DNA of 44,353 bases from Propylenella sp. (GTDB lineage Bacteria; Pseudomonadota; Alphaproteobacteria; Rhizobiales; Afifellaceae): the NCBI GenBank assembly GCA_036396875.1, contig DASWJZ010000075.1, forward strand, positions 1 through 44,353. Reading direction: 5' to 3'. A model generated the notes under the pieces. It did not search any database, was not told the DNA's origin, and saw nothing but the letters and a program-made list of their open reading frames with translations. Shown one piece after another: positions 9,271 to 19,783 of the stretch (position 1 is its first letter; the number at the start of each line of letters is the position of its first letter). Both the position numbers and the translations under genes were made by a program.

Positions 9271-10947
9271 CTAATCGCTGACATGGGCGACGTGCACCAT
9301 AGTCTGCGGCTTCTTACCCCATACGGCTTCGATCTCGCCGCGCACGGCCCGCCTGACGGCTTCGCGAACCGCGCCGGCGTCGCGGCGGCGGGGCTTGGAA
9401 AGCGCGTCGAGCGCGTCGTCGACGGCGTCCTCCGCCACTTCCCGGAGCGAGGCGCCCTCCATGCTTGCCTCGGGAATGCCCAGCAGCACCACGGTCGGAT
9501 CCTCGAGCACGTCGCCGCTGTCGGAAAGCACGATCGCAACGCTGATTACCCCGGCGAAGCCGAGACGGCGCCTGTCGACGACGCCGCTCGCCTCGTGCGA
9601 CACGAGCAGCCGGCCGTCACGGTAGAGCCGGCCGTGGTGGACGCTCTCGAGCAGTTCGGCGGGGCCCGGCGCCAGCCGGATCATGCGGCCGTTTCGCGCC
9701 TCCACCACCTGCGGCACGCCGACGGCGCGGGCGAGCTTGGCCTGCTCGTGCAGGTGCAGCGCCTCGCCATGCACCGGAACGACGATCTCGGGCTTGATCC
9801 AGTCGTAGAGCTGGCGCAGTTCGTCGCGCCGCGGATGCCCCGAAGTATGCACGAGGGCATCCCGATCGGTGATCACCTCAGCACCGAAATCGACGAGCGC
9901 ATTGATGATCATGTTCACCGCCCGCTCATTGCCCGGGATCGTGCGGGAGGAAAAAATGACCATGTCGCCGGGAGCCAAGGCAACAGCCCGGTTGTCGCCC
10001 GCTGCGATTTTCGCCAGAGCGGCGCGCGGCTCGCCCTGGCTGCCCGTCATGAGCGCGACCACCTTGTTTCGAGGCAGCTGCCCGAACACGTCCTGATCGA
10101 GGAACTCCGGCAAGCCGTCGAGATAACCGAGCTCGCGGGCCACGTCGACCGCACGATGAATGGCGCGGCCGATGACCACGACCTCGCGGCCGGCGCGATG
10201 GGCGGCGGATGCGATCGCCCGGATCCGCGCGACATTGGATGCAAAGGTCGTCACCGCCACGCGGTGCGGCGCTTCGGCGATGAGGCGTTCCAGCACGACT
10301 GCGACCTCGCCCTCGCTCGGGCTGACCCCGTCGCGGATCGCATTGGTGGAATCGGAAATGAGCGCCAGCACACCCTCCGCCCCAATCGCGGCAAGCCGGT
10401 CATCGTCGGTCGGGCGACCGATTCCGGGCGCCGGGTCGAGCTTCCAGTCGCCGGTATGCACCACGGTTCCCGCCGGGGTGCGGATCGCGAGCGCATTCGG
10501 CTCGGGTATGGAATGGGAGACCGGAATGAATTCCACGTCGAACGGGCCGACCCCGACCCGTTGGCCTTGCCTGACGACAGTAACGGGAATTTTCGGCGCA
10601 TTCGGCTCGCCGAGGCGTTTGGCTTCCAGAAGCGCGGCGGCAAAGGGCGTCATGTAGACGGGAGCCTCGAGCTGCGCCCAGAAATCGAACAGCCCGCCGT
10701 AATGGTCCTCATGCGCATGCGTGATCACGATGCCCGCCAACTGCGCCTTCCGCTCCAGCAGGAACCGGATGTCGGGAAGCACCGCATCGACGCCGGGCAG
10801 CACTTCCTCATGGCCGAAGGCGACACCCATGTCGACGGCGAGCCAGCTGCGACTGCGCCCCTGGCCGTAGCCGTAGAGCGTGAGATTCATGCCGATCTCG
10901 CCGACCCCGCCGAGCGGCACGAAGACCAGGTCGTTCGCACCCCGCAT
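9271..10947 (-). CDS. rnj: ribonuclease J (metallo-beta-lactamase / beta-CASP)
   Basis: 558 aa from the internal ATG (MRGANDLVFVPLGGVGEIGMN...). Contains the HxHxDH motif THAHEDHYGG. Its ATG overlaps the birA stop by 1 nt (TGATG at 10945-10949). The track ORF carries 75 extra upstream codons. Confidence 0.9.
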   Translation of the reverse strand: MRGANDLVFVPLGGVGEIGMNLTLYGYGQGRSRSWLAVDMGVAFGHEEVLPGVDAVLPDIRFLLERKAQLAGIVITHAHEDHYGGLFDFWAQLEAPVYMTPFAAALLEAKRLGEPNAPKIPVTVVRQGQRVGVGPFDVEFIPVSHSIPEPNALAIRTPAGTVVHTGDWKLDPAPGIGRPTDDDRLAAIGAEGVLALISDSTNAIRDGVSPSEGEVAVVLERLIAEAPHRVAVTTFASNVARIRAIASAAHRAGREVVVIGRAIHRAVDVARELGYLDGLPEFLDQDVFGQLPRNKVVALMTGSQGEPRAALAKIAAGDNRAVALAPGDMVIFSSRTIPGNERAVNMIINALVDFGAEVITDRDALVHTSGHPRRDELRQLYDWIKPEIVVPVHGEALHLHEQAKLARAVGVPQVVEARNGRMIRLAPGPAELLESVHHGRLYRDGRLLVSHEASGVVDRRRLGFAGVISVAIVLSDSGDVLEDPTVVLLGIPEASMEGASLREVAEDAVDDALDALSKPRRRDAGAVREAVRRAVRGEIEAVWGKKPQTMVHVAHVSD

Positions 10948-11768
10948 CAGGACGCCGCCGTGGCTGCGGCGCCGAAATGCACGTCGCCGGCGCTGATGGT
11001 CCGCGCCGCGCCGTCGGCTCCGCGCACGACGAGCCGGCCGTCCTCGTCGATGGTCTCGAAGATGCCGCGGAAAATATCCGCCCCTGACCGGACTGCGACG
11101 GGAGCCCCGAGCCCCGCCGCCCGCATCAGCCAGCGGTCGCGGATGCCCGCAAAGCCTCGCCCGCCGTTCCACGCCGTCTCGTACTCGACCCAGCTTTCCG
11201 AGAGAGCCCGGAACAGGTCTTCCGCGCTCGCGTCAGCCCCGCAGGCAGCAAGCGAGGTCGTAGGATAGCTCAGGCCCTCGGCCGCCCGGCGGACATTCAC
11301 GCCGATACCGATGACGACGCTCGTCGGCGATCCGCTGCTGCCCACGGCCTCGAGCAGAATCCCGGCCACCTTCGCACCGTCAATCAGGACGTCGTTCGGC
11401 CACTTCAGCTGAACGCGGGCGGCAATCCCGCTTGCCTCGTCGATGGCCGATTTCACCACCGCCGCCGGACTGACGGCGCGGATCGCATCCTCCAGCGCAA
11501 GGGCGGCTGCGAATCCCAGCGTTGCCGCCCCTGCCGAGGAGACCGGCACAAGCATGAGAAGGCTTGCCGCGAGGTTGCCCGACGGCGTTTGCCAGGGACG
11601 CCCGCGGCGGCCGTGCCCTGCCGTCTGCTCAGTGGCGACGACCCACAGCCGCCCGGGATCGCCCTTCCTCGCCCGCCCGATCGCTTCGCTGCTGGTCGAG
11701 CCGATCGTGTCGAACGCCGCAAGCCGGTAGCCGCTGCTCAGCGCCTTTGGGCCAAGGGCGAAGGCCAT
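10947..11768 (-). CDS. birA: biotin--[acetyl-CoA-carboxylase] ligase (group I, no HTH domain)
   Basis: 273 aa with the GRGRRGRxW-type motif (TAGHGRRGRPWQTPSGNL). Starts 3 nt after the nuoN stop. Confidence 0.9.
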   Translation of the reverse strand: MAFALGPKALSSGYRLAAFDTIGSTSSEAIGRARKGDPGRLWVVATEQTAGHGRRGRPWQTPSGNLAASLLMLVPVSSAGAATLGFAAALALEDAIRAVSPAAVVKSAIDEASGIAARVQLKWPNDVLIDGAKVAGILLEAVGSSGSPTSVVIGIGVNVRRAAEGLSYPTTSLAACGADASAEDLFRALSESWVEYETAWNGGRGFAGIRDRWLMRAAGLGAPVAVRSGADIFRGIFETIDEDGRLVVRGADGAARTISAGDVHFGAAATAAS

Positions 11769-11771
11769 GCG

Positions 11772-13205
11772 CTAAAACAGACTCTGCGCAGCGGAGCCCG
11801 CAGCCCCGACCAGCGGCGCCGCGAACAGCACGAAGGCAATCATCAGAACGCCCGAGACACCGAGGATCCCCTGCAGCTCGGCCGGCGCCGGCTCGAACGC
11901 AGCGGCCGGCTCGTCGAAATACATGAGCTTCACAATTCTCACATAGTAGTACGCCCCGATCACGCTGGTGACGACGCCGATGACGGCCAGCGCATAGAGA
12001 CCCGCCTGCACCGCTGCGAGGAAGACGTAATACTTCGCGAAAAAGCCGGCGAGCGGCGGAATTCCAGCCAGCGAGAACAGGATCGCTCCGAACAGGAAAG
12101 CGGTGGCCGGCTTCGTGCGCGCCAAGCCGGCGAGCTGGTCGATCTCCTCCACCATCTCCCCGTCCCGCCGCATGGTGAGGATGCCCGCGAACGCGCCGAG
12201 CGTCATAACCATGTAGATGACGACATAGATCATGACCCCTTGCACGCCCTGCGCCGTTCCGGCCGCAAGCCCGACGAGCGCGAAGCCCATATGGCCGATC
12301 GACGAATAGGCCATCAGCCGCTTGATGTTCGTCTGCCCGATCGCGGCGAAGGAGCCGAGCGCCATCGACGCGATGGCAAGAAAGGACACGATCTGCTGCC
12401 AGTCGGCGGTGATCGGCGCAAAGGCATCGATGACGACGCGGATGAAGAGGGCCACGGCTGCAAGTTTCGGCGCGGAGGCGAAGAACGCGGTCACAGGCGT
12501 GGGCGCACCCTCATAGACGTCCGGAGTCCACATGTGGAACGGCACCGCGGAGATTTTGAAGGCGAGCCCGGCAAGCACGAAAACGAGCCCGACCACGAGC
12601 CCGATCGAGCGGCCATCGACGAGCGCCGCTGCGATCGGCTCGAAGCCGGTGTGCCCGGTGAAGCCGTAGACGAGTGAAGCGCCGTAAAGGAGCATCCCGG
12701 AGGAGAGCGCGCCGAGAACGAAATATTTCAGGCCCGCCTCGCTCGACCGCTCATTGTCCCGGTGAATGGCCGCGACGACATAGGCGGCGAGCGACTGCAG
12801 CTCCAGGCCGAGATAGAGGCTGATCAGGTCGTTCGCCGAGATCATCACCATCATGCCGAGCGTGCCGAGCAGGATGAGGATCGGGAACTCGAACCGCTCG
12901 AAATCCTCCGCCTGCGCAAACCGTTGCGCCATGACGATCGCCACGCCGGAGCCGATCAGCGAGGCGGCCTTCATGAAGCGGGCGAAGTCGTCGACGACGA
13001 AGGAGCCCCCCATGACGCGGCTCTCGCCGTCTCCGAGGATCACCGCGATCAGCGCGAGAAGGAGCACGCCGAGCGAAGCCGCGTTCGCAATCGTGGCCGC
13101 GTTCCGGCGAGCGAAAGCGCCAACCATGAGAAGCGCCATGGCGCCGAGCGCCAGGATGAGTTCCGGAACGACGGCGGAAAGCTCCGACAGGGTGGCTGAG
13201 CTCAT
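11772..13205 (-). CDS. nuoN: NADH-quinone oxidoreductase subunit N
   Basis: 477-aa polytopic antiporter-like subunit, last in nuo gene order. Confidence 0.95.
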   Translation of the reverse strand: MSSATLSELSAVVPELILALGAMALLMVGAFARRNAATIANAASLGVLLLALIAVILGDGESRVMGGSFVVDDFARFMKAASLIGSGVAIVMAQRFAQAEDFERFEFPILILLGTLGMMVMISANDLISLYLGLELQSLAAYVVAAIHRDNERSSEAGLKYFVLGALSSGMLLYGASLVYGFTGHTGFEPIAAALVDGRSIGLVVGLVFVLAGLAFKISAVPFHMWTPDVYEGAPTPVTAFFASAPKLAAVALFIRVVIDAFAPITADWQQIVSFLAIASMALGSFAAIGQTNIKRLMAYSSIGHMGFALVGLAAGTAQGVQGVMIYVVIYMVMTLGAFAGILTMRRDGEMVEEIDQLAGLARTKPATAFLFGAILFSLAGIPPLAGFFAKYYVFLAAVQAGLYALAVIGVVTSVIGAYYYVRIVKLMYFDEPAAAFEPAPAELQGILGVSGVLMIAFVLFAAPLVGAAGSAAQSLF

Positions 13206-13221
13206 GGCGCGGGGCTCCCTC

Positions 13222-14733
13222 TCACCTGCCTGCTACCGACGTCTCGGCGGCCCTCGCGAGGGCGGCCTGATAATTCGCGATGAGCTGATCGACCGAAGCG
13301 GCGGTCACGTCGATGATCGGCTGCGGATAGACGCCGAAGAGGATCGTCAGCGCGACGAGCGGCACGAGGATTGCCTTCTCCCTGAGGCCGAGGTCGAGTA
13401 TTCCAGCAAGGCTCGGCTTCTCAAGCTTGCCGAAGATCACCCGGGCGTAGAGCCAGAGCGCATAGGCGGCCGACAGGATGACGCCGGTGGTCGCGAGGGC
13501 CGCAACCCAGGTATTGACCTGAAACGCGCCGACCAGGGTCAGAAACTCGCCGATGAAGCCGGACGTACCGGGTAAGCCGACATTGGCCAGAGTGAAGACC
13601 ATGAAGGCGAAGGCGTACCACGGCATGCGGTTCACGAGGCCCTCATAGGCATCGATCTGCCGGGTATGCATTCGGTCGTAGATGACGCCGACGCAGAGGA
13701 ACAGCGCGCCCGAGACGATGCCGTGCGACAGCATCTGGAAAATGCCGCCCTGCACGCCCTGCGCCGTCATCGTGAAGATGCCCATTGTGACGAAGCCCAT
13801 GTGGGCGACGGAGGAATAGGCGATGAGCTTCTTCACGTCCTCCTGCATGAGCGCCACCAGCGAGGTGTAGATGATGGCGACGATGGAGAGGGCGTAAATC
13901 AGCGGCGCAAGCTCGTTGCTGGCGAGCGGGAACATCGGCAGAGAGAAGCGCAGGAATCCGTAGCCGCCCATCTTCAACAGGATCGCCGCGAGCACCACCG
14001 AGCCGGCGGTCGGCGCCTCGACGTGCGCGTCCGGCAGCCAGGTGTGGACCGGCCACATCGGAAGCTTGACGGCAAAGGAGGCTAGGAAAGCGAGCCACAG
14101 CCATGTCTGCATCGATGGCGGGAACGGATGCGCCAGGAGGTCAGGAATGGAGGTCGTCCCGGCCTCCCAGTACATCGCCATCATTGCCAGCAGCATCAGC
14201 ACCGAGCCGAGCAGCGTGTAGAGGAAGAACTTGAATGCGGCGTAGACGCGCCGCTGGCCGCCCCAGACGCCGATGATCAGAAACATCGGGATGAGGCCCG
14301 CTTCGAAGAAGACGTAGAAGAGAATGAGATCGAGCGCGGTGAAAACACCGATCATCAGCGTCTCGAGCGCCAGGAAGGCGACCATGTACTCCTTCACCCG
14401 CGTATCGATCGCGCGCCAACTGGCGAGTATGCAGAACGGCATGAGGAAGGTCGTGAGGATTACGAACAGCATCGAAATGCCGTCGACGCCCATCCGGTAG
14501 TTCATGAATCCGCCGGTCCACTCCGCCTCCTCGACGAATTGGAAGCCGGGATTCCGCAGGTCGAAATTCCACCAGATCAGCAGGGAGACAACGAAGGTGA
14601 GCGTCGTGACGCCAAGCGCGACATGCCGGATGTTGCGCTTTTGTGCTTCGCCCTCGCCGGGGATAAAAAGGAAGATAATCGCCGCGCCGACGAGCGGGAG
14701 ATAAGTGACGGTGGAGAGGACGGGCCAGCTCAT
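13222..14733 (-). CDS. nuoM: NADH-quinone oxidoreductase subunit M
   Basis: 503 aa from the ATG at 14733 ([16 protein letters not shown]...), which has GGGGGA 9-10 nt upstream. The track start at 14742 adds MGA. Confidence 0.93.
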   Translation of the reverse strand: MSWPVLSTVTYLPLVGAAIIFLFIPGEGEAQKRNIRHVALGVTTLTFVVSLLIWWNFDLRNPGFQFVEEAEWTGGFMNYRMGVDGISMLFVILTTFLMPFCILASWRAIDTRVKEYMVAFLALETLMIGVFTALDLILFYVFFEAGLIPMFLIIGVWGGQRRVYAAFKFFLYTLLGSVLMLLAMMAMYWEAGTTSIPDLLAHPFPPSMQTWLWLAFLASFAVKLPMWPVHTWLPDAHVEAPTAGSVVLAAILLKMGGYGFLRFSLPMFPLASNELAPLIYALSIVAIIYTSLVALMQEDVKKLIAYSSVAHMGFVTMGIFTMTAQGVQGGIFQMLSHGIVSGALFLCVGVIYDRMHTRQIDAYEGLVNRMPWYAFAFMVFTLANVGLPGTSGFIGEFLTLVGAFQVNTWVAALATTGVILSAAYALWLYARVIFGKLEKPSLAGILDLGLREKAILVPLVALTILFGVYPQPIIDVTAASVDQLIANYQAALARAAETSVAGR

Positions 14734-14836
14734 CGCGCCCATCCCCCACGGGCGACGAGCGCCACTCCGCTTTCCTCGGTCGTCATTACAGTAGTCGCAA
14801 CCGACCCTGCGCCTTGTATCTTTCGCGCCACGCCAA

Positions 14837-16972
14837 TCATCCCGCGAACATCATCCAGGTGACGAGGATGGCGACCCCAAGCAGCATCGCGAAGGCGTAG
14901 TGATAGAGGTAGCCGGTCTGCAGCCGGACGACGTTCCGGGTCACGTCGATCACGCGCGCGGAGACGCCGTCCGGGCCAAAGCCGTCGATCATCCACCCGT
15001 CGCCGAATTTCCACAGGAATCGGCCGAGCGCCATCGCGGGACGCACGAGAAGCGCGTCGTAGACCTCGTCGAAGTACCACTTGTTGAGCAGGAACCGGTA
15101 GAGGACGACATGCTGCTCCGCCAGCCGCGCCGGGGTCTCCGGCGAGCGAATGTAGAACCGCCAGGCGACGCCGAAGCCGAGGAGCATCGCCCCAAAAGGC
15201 GCGAGCTTCACCCAGAAGGGCACATGGTGGAATTCTTCGAGAATGTGGTTGTCAGGAAGGGTGAAAAGAGCACCGCGCCAGAACGATTCGTAGTCGTTGC
15301 CTATGAAGTACTCGTGGAAGAGGAGGCCTGCGAAAAGCGAGCCGGCGGCAAGGATGACAAGCGGCACCAGCATCACCGGCGGCGATTCGTGCACATGCTC
15401 CATGACCTCCGCTGGCGCACGCGGGGCGCCGTGGAAGGTGAGAAAGATGAGCCGCCACGAGTAGAAGCTCGTGAACACAGCCGCGACTGTCAGAAGGAGA
15501 AATGCCAGACCGGCCATCGCATTCTCCCCGGCATACGCCGCCTCGATGATGGCGTCCTTGGAGAAAAACCCGGCGGTGCCGATTATCGTCCCCGGGATAC
15601 CGACCCCGGTCAGCGCCAGGGTACCGACGATCATCAGCCAGTAGGTCTTCGGGATGAGCCTCCGGAGGCCGCCCATCTTGCGCATGTCCTGTTCGTCGCC
15701 GACCGCATGGATAACCGAGCCCGAGCCGAGGAAGAGAAGCGCCTTAAAGAAAGCGTGCGTGAAGAGATGAAAGATGGCGGCGGCGTAGAAGCCGAGGCCG
15801 AGCGCCACGAACATGTAGCCAAGCTGCGAGCAGGTCGAGTAGGCGATAACCCGCTTGATGTCGTTCTGCACGAGGCCGACGGTCGCTGCGAAGAACGCCG
15901 TGAAGGCGCCGATGAAGGTCACGACGATCAGCGCGGAATGCGAGTGCTCGAAGATCGGCGACAGGCGGGCGAGCATGAAGACGCCGGCGGTCACCATCGT
16001 CGCGGCGTGGATGAGGGCGGAGACCGGCGTCGGCCCCTCCATCGCGTCGGGAAGCCAGGTATGGAGCGGCACCTGCGCCGACTTGCCCATCGCCCCCATG
16101 AAGAGGAGCAGGCAGACGGCGGTCAGCGCGCCGGCGCCGTTCAGCGTCTGGCCGAAGATGGTGAGCACCGGCTCGCCGTTCTCCGCGACGGCCGCCGCAT
16201 TCGCGAAAATCGTTCCGAGGTCGATGGAGGCGAAGAGGTAGAACACTCCGAAAATGCCGAGCGCGAAACCGAAATCGCCGATGCGATTGACAATGAACGC
16301 CTTGATCGCCGCCGCGTTCGCCGACGGCCGGTGATACCAGAATCCGATCAGCAGATAGGACGCAAGGCCAACCCCCTCCCAACCGAAGAACATCTGCAGC
16401 AGGTTGTCGGCCGTCACTAGCATCAGCATGGCGAAGGTGAAGAACGAGAGGTAGGAAAAGAAGCGCGGCCCGTGCGGGTCGTGCGCCATGTAGCCGATCG
16501 AATAGACGTGCACGAGCGACGAGACCGTGTTGACCACGACCAGCATCACAACCGTCAGCGAGTCGATCCTGAGCGCCCAATCGGCCGCGAGCGAGCCCGA
16601 CTGCAACCAGGTGAAAACCGGAACGGTGAACACCTCGCCTTCACCCAGCGCGACATCGAAGAACGCGACCCAGGAAAGAACCGCGCAGATGACGAGCAGA
16701 CCCGACGTGATCAGCTCAGCTGCGCGCGACCCCTGCGCGGGGGCGTGATGGTCGCCATGCGGCTCGTGGTGCGCCACATCTACGGCCGCCACATTCGTTG
16801 GCCTGTGCCCAACTTGACCCGTGTCGCCATGAGCCGCCACGACGTCCGCAGCGTGATCCTCACCCCCCGTCGGCGGCTCGCCGCCGGGATGGCGCGCCGC
16901 CGCGCCGACAATCGCAATGATCCCGGCGATGATCGCCCCGAGCAGCGGAAGAAAGACGATCGCCGAGTACAC
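14837..16972 (-). CDS. nuoL: NADH-quinone oxidoreductase subunit L
   Basis: 711 aa, [17 protein letters not shown]..., an antiporter-like subunit. It carries a roughly 60-aa His/Asp-rich insertion between TM1 and TM2. Confidence 0.95.
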   Translation of the reverse strand: MYSAIVFLPLLGAIIAGIIAIVGAAARHPGGEPPTGGEDHAADVVAAHGDTGQVGHRPTNVAAVDVAHHEPHGDHHAPAQGSRAAELITSGLLVICAVLSWVAFFDVALGEGEVFTVPVFTWLQSGSLAADWALRIDSLTVVMLVVVNTVSSLVHVYSIGYMAHDPHGPRFFSYLSFFTFAMLMLVTADNLLQMFFGWEGVGLASYLLIGFWYHRPSANAAAIKAFIVNRIGDFGFALGIFGVFYLFASIDLGTIFANAAAVAENGEPVLTIFGQTLNGAGALTAVCLLLFMGAMGKSAQVPLHTWLPDAMEGPTPVSALIHAATMVTAGVFMLARLSPIFEHSHSALIVVTFIGAFTAFFAATVGLVQNDIKRVIAYSTCSQLGYMFVALGLGFYAAAIFHLFTHAFFKALLFLGSGSVIHAVGDEQDMRKMGGLRRLIPKTYWLMIVGTLALTGVGIPGTIIGTAGFFSKDAIIEAAYAGENAMAGLAFLLLTVAAVFTSFYSWRLIFLTFHGAPRAPAEVMEHVHESPPVMLVPLVILAAGSLFAGLLFHEYFIGNDYESFWRGALFTLPDNHILEEFHHVPFWVKLAPFGAMLLGFGVAWRFYIRSPETPARLAEQHVVLYRFLLNKWYFDEVYDALLVRPAMALGRFLWKFGDGWMIDGFGPDGVSARVIDVTRNVVRLQTGYLYHYAFAMLLGVAILVTWMMFAG

Positions 16973-16974
16973 GC

Positions 16975-17286
16975 TCAGCCCTTCATCATGTTGATGTCTT
17001 CAACCGCGATGCTGCCGCGGTTGCGGTAGAAGACGACGAGGATGGCGAGCCCGATCGCCGCCTCGGCCGCCGCCACGGTCAGCACGAGGAGCGCAAAGAT
17101 CTGCCCAGTCAGGTCGCCGAGGAACGCCGAGAATGCGACGAGGTTGATGTTGACGGCCAGCAGGATCAGCTCGATCGACATCAGGATGACGATGACGTTC
17201 TTGCGGTTGACGAATATCCCGAGCACGCCAAGCGTGAAGAGGATCGCGGCGACGGTCAGGTAGTGGCCGAGGCCTACCGACATCAC
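16975..17286 (-). CDS. nuoK: NADH-quinone oxidoreductase subunit K
   Basis: 103 aa with three TM helices, in conserved order. Confidence 0.95.
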   Translation of the reverse strand: MMSVGLGHYLTVAAILFTLGVLGIFVNRKNVIVILMSIELILLAVNINLVAFSAFLGDLTGQIFALLVLTVAAAEAAIGLAILVVFYRNRGSIAVEDINMMKG

Positions 17287-17900
17287 CGGAGTCCCGTCCC
17301 GGTGCCTACGCGGACCACGTCAACCGCGGCTTCCCGTGTGCGCGCGAGTTGCCGCGCAATGTCCTGGCGCTTGACTCCCTCCTTGTGACGGAGCGTCAGC
17401 ACGATAGCGCCGATCATCGCCACAAGCAGAACCAGCCCGGCCATCTGGAAGTAGAAGATGTAGCGGGTGTAGAGCACCGATCCGATCACGGCGACGTTGG
17501 AGGCCACCTCGGGCGGTGGTATCGGCGCGGCGGGGGCTGCGGCGGTTTCCGGGGCGCTCAGCAACCCGCCGAGCACCAGCACGAGCTCGACGAGCAGAAT
17601 GATGCCGACCAGCGCGCCGACCGGCAGATATTGCAGGAACCCCTGCCTGAGCTCGGTGAAGTCGACATCGAGCATCATCACGACGAACAGGAAGAGGACG
17701 GCAACGGCGCCGACATAGACGACGATGAGAATCATCGCCAGGAACTCGGCGCCGAGCAGGATGAAGAGCCCAGCCGAGTTGACGAAGGCGAGGATCAGAA
17801 AAAGAACCGAATGCACCGGATTCTTTGCCGCAATCACCATGAAGGCGGCCGCCACGGTGAACGAAGCGAAGAGATAAAAGAACAGCGACTGCAGGATCAT
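17283..17900 (-). CDS. nuoJ: NADH-quinone oxidoreductase subunit J
   Basis: 205-aa membrane subunit with a 4-nt overlap with nuoK. GGAGG Shine-Dalgarno. Confidence 0.93.
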   Translation of the reverse strand: MILQSLFFYLFASFTVAAAFMVIAAKNPVHSVLFLILAFVNSAGLFILLGAEFLAMILIVVYVGAVAVLFLFVVMMLDVDFTELRQGFLQYLPVGALVGIILLVELVLVLGGLLSAPETAAAPAAPIPPPEVASNVAVIGSVLYTRYIFYFQMAGLVLLVAMIGAIVLTLRHKEGVKRQDIARQLARTREAAVDVVRVGTGTGLR

Positions 17901-18004
17901 ACGGATCCTCCGTGACCCGGGCGCTTCGACGCCAGGGGCGCGGCCCTCTTAGCGAAGGGCATTTGCGCCGTCCATATTGCCAGGGCAGAATTGAGCAGCC
18001 GGGC

Positions 18005-18496
18005 TCATCGATACGGCGCGTCGAGGACGATGTTGCGGGCGATGTCGCGCTCCCAGCGGTCGCCGTTGGCCAGGAGTTTCTCCTTGTCGTAGTAAAGCTC
18101 CTCGCGGGTTTCCGTGGCGAACTCGAAATTCGGCCCCTCGACGATGGCGTCGACCGGACAGGATTCCTGGCAGAAGCCGCAATAGATGCATTTCACCATG
18201 TCGATGTCGTAGCGCAGGGCGCGGCGCGTCCCGTCGTTCCGCCGCGGCCCCGCCTCGATCGTGATCGCCTGCGCCGGACAGATGGCCTCGCAGAGCTTGC
18301 AGGCAATGCAACGTTCCTCGCCATTCGGATAGCGTCGGAGCGCGTGCTCGCCCCGGAATCGGGGGCTCACTTCGTTCTTCTCGAACGGATAGTTCACCGT
18401 CGCCTTCGGCGCGAAGAAATAGCGCAGCCCCAGCCACGTGGCGGCGAAGAACTCCTTCAGAAGCAACGCATGGGCGGCCTGCGTAAGGTTGGCCAT
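18005..18496 (-). CDS. nuoI: NADH-quinone oxidoreductase subunit I (2x[4Fe-4S])
   Basis: 163 aa from the internal ATG ([17 protein letters not shown]...). Two ferredoxin motifs, [12 protein letters not shown] and [12 protein letters not shown]. The track ORF carries 60 extra upstream codons. Confidence 0.95.
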   Translation of the reverse strand: MANLTQAAHALLLKEFFAATWLGLRYFFAPKATVNYPFEKNEVSPRFRGEHALRRYPNGEERCIACKLCEAICPAQAITIEAGPRRNDGTRRALRYDIDMVKCIYCGFCQESCPVDAIVEGPNFEFATETREELYYDKEKLLANGDRWERDIARNIVLDAPYR

Positions 18497-18711
18497 CAAG
18501 GAACTCCGGATTCCCCCTCCATCAACCAGCCGATCACAAAGCCGGCGATGGGAAACAAGACAAGCTGAACCTTCCGTGCAAGATCGAGCATGCGTGGTCC
18601 CTGCCCGGTCTCGCCGCGGCTCGCCGCCCGTGCGATAAGCGCTCCGAACATCCAATACTCCACTACCGCGAAGCAAAGTCCGACGAGCGCGCCGAGAACA
18701 GCCAGGATCAT
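18496..18711 (-). CDS. hypothetical 71-aa two-helix membrane protein between nuoH and nuoI
   Basis: [71 protein letters not shown]: two hydrophobic helices joined by a basic loop. The ATG lies 4 nt after the nuoH stop. Its stop overlaps the nuoI ATG (TGATG). Hand count: 49/71 codons end in G/C. Confidence 0.55.
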   Translation of the reverse strand: MILAVLGALVGLCFAVVEYWMFGALIARAASRGETGQGPRMLDLARKVQLVLFPIAGFVIGWLMEGESGVP

Positions 18712-18715
18712 TCCG

Positions 18716-19777
18716 TCAACCCGCGGCCGGAACGCCGCCCCAGCCGGTCAGCTGAAGCACCACCGCCACCACGACGATGGCGGCAAGCGAGATCGGAAGA
18801 AACACCTTCCAGCCGAGCCGCATGAGCTGGTCGTATCGGTAGCGCGGCACGATCGCCTTCACCATGGCGAACATGAAGAAAACGAAGCAGACCTTCAGAA
18901 CGAACCAGACGACGCCCGGCACCCAGGTGAAGGGCGCGAAGCCGAATGGCGGCAACCATCCGCCGAGAAAGAGGATCGTCGTCAGCGCGCAGACCAGGGT
19001 GACGGCGATATATTCCCCGAGCATGAACATCATGTAGGGCGTGGAGGAATACTCGACCATGAAGCCGGCGACGAGCTCCGATTCCGCCTCCGGCAAGTCG
19101 AACGGCGGCCGGTTCGTCTCGGCGAGCCCCGAGATGAAGAAGATGACGAAGAGCGGGAAGAGCGGCAGCCAGTGCCAGTCGAGCAACGTGTTCGGCAGAC
19201 CGGCCATCGTGCCGAGCCCTTCGGTCTGGGCCAACACGATGTCGGTCAGGTTCAGCGACCCGACCGCGAGCAGGACGGCGATGATAACGAAGCCGATGGA
19301 AACCTCGTAGGACACCATCTGCGCGGCCGAGCGAAGAGCGCCGAGAAAGGCATATTTCGAATTCGACGCCCAGCCTCCCATGATGACGCCGTAGACCTCG
19401 AGCGAGGCAATCGCGAAGACATAGAGGATTCCGACATTGATGTCGGCGATGACCCAGCCGGCGCTCACCGGGATGACCGCCCAGGCGGCGAGCGCCAGAA
19501 CAGCGCTCACAAGCGGCGCAAGCAGGAAGATCGCCTTGTTGGCGGGAGCCGGGATGACCGGCTCCTTCAGGACGAATTTCAACAGGTCTGCGAAGGACTG
19601 GAGGAGTCCCCAGGGGCCCACCACGTTCGGTCCGCGACGCAGCTGCACGGCCGCCCAGACCTTGCGGTCCGCATAGAGCAGGTAGGCGACAAGGATGAGC
19701 AGCGCCGTCATGAGGACGGCGCTCTGCAGCACGATGATCGCCCCCGGAATAACGTAGTCGCTGAACAGCGCGTTCAT
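18716..19777 (-). CDS. nuoH: NADH-quinone oxidoreductase subunit H
   Basis: 353 aa with the conserved ...[34 protein letters not shown]... motif. Confidence 0.96.
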   Translation of the reverse strand: MNALFSDYVIPGAIIVLQSAVLMTALLILVAYLLYADRKVWAAVQLRRGPNVVGPWGLLQSFADLLKFVLKEPVIPAPANKAIFLLAPLVSAVLALAAWAVIPVSAGWVIADINVGILYVFAIASLEVYGVIMGGWASNSKYAFLGALRSAAQMVSYEVSIGFVIIAVLLAVGSLNLTDIVLAQTEGLGTMAGLPNTLLDWHWLPLFPLFVIFFISGLAETNRPPFDLPEAESELVAGFMVEYSSTPYMMFMLGEYIAVTLVCALTTILFLGGWLPPFGFAPFTWVPGVVWFVLKVCFVFFMFAMVKAIVPRYRYDQLMRLGWKVFLPISLAAIVVVAVVLQLTGWGGVPAAG

Positions 19778-19783
19778 GCCGAC

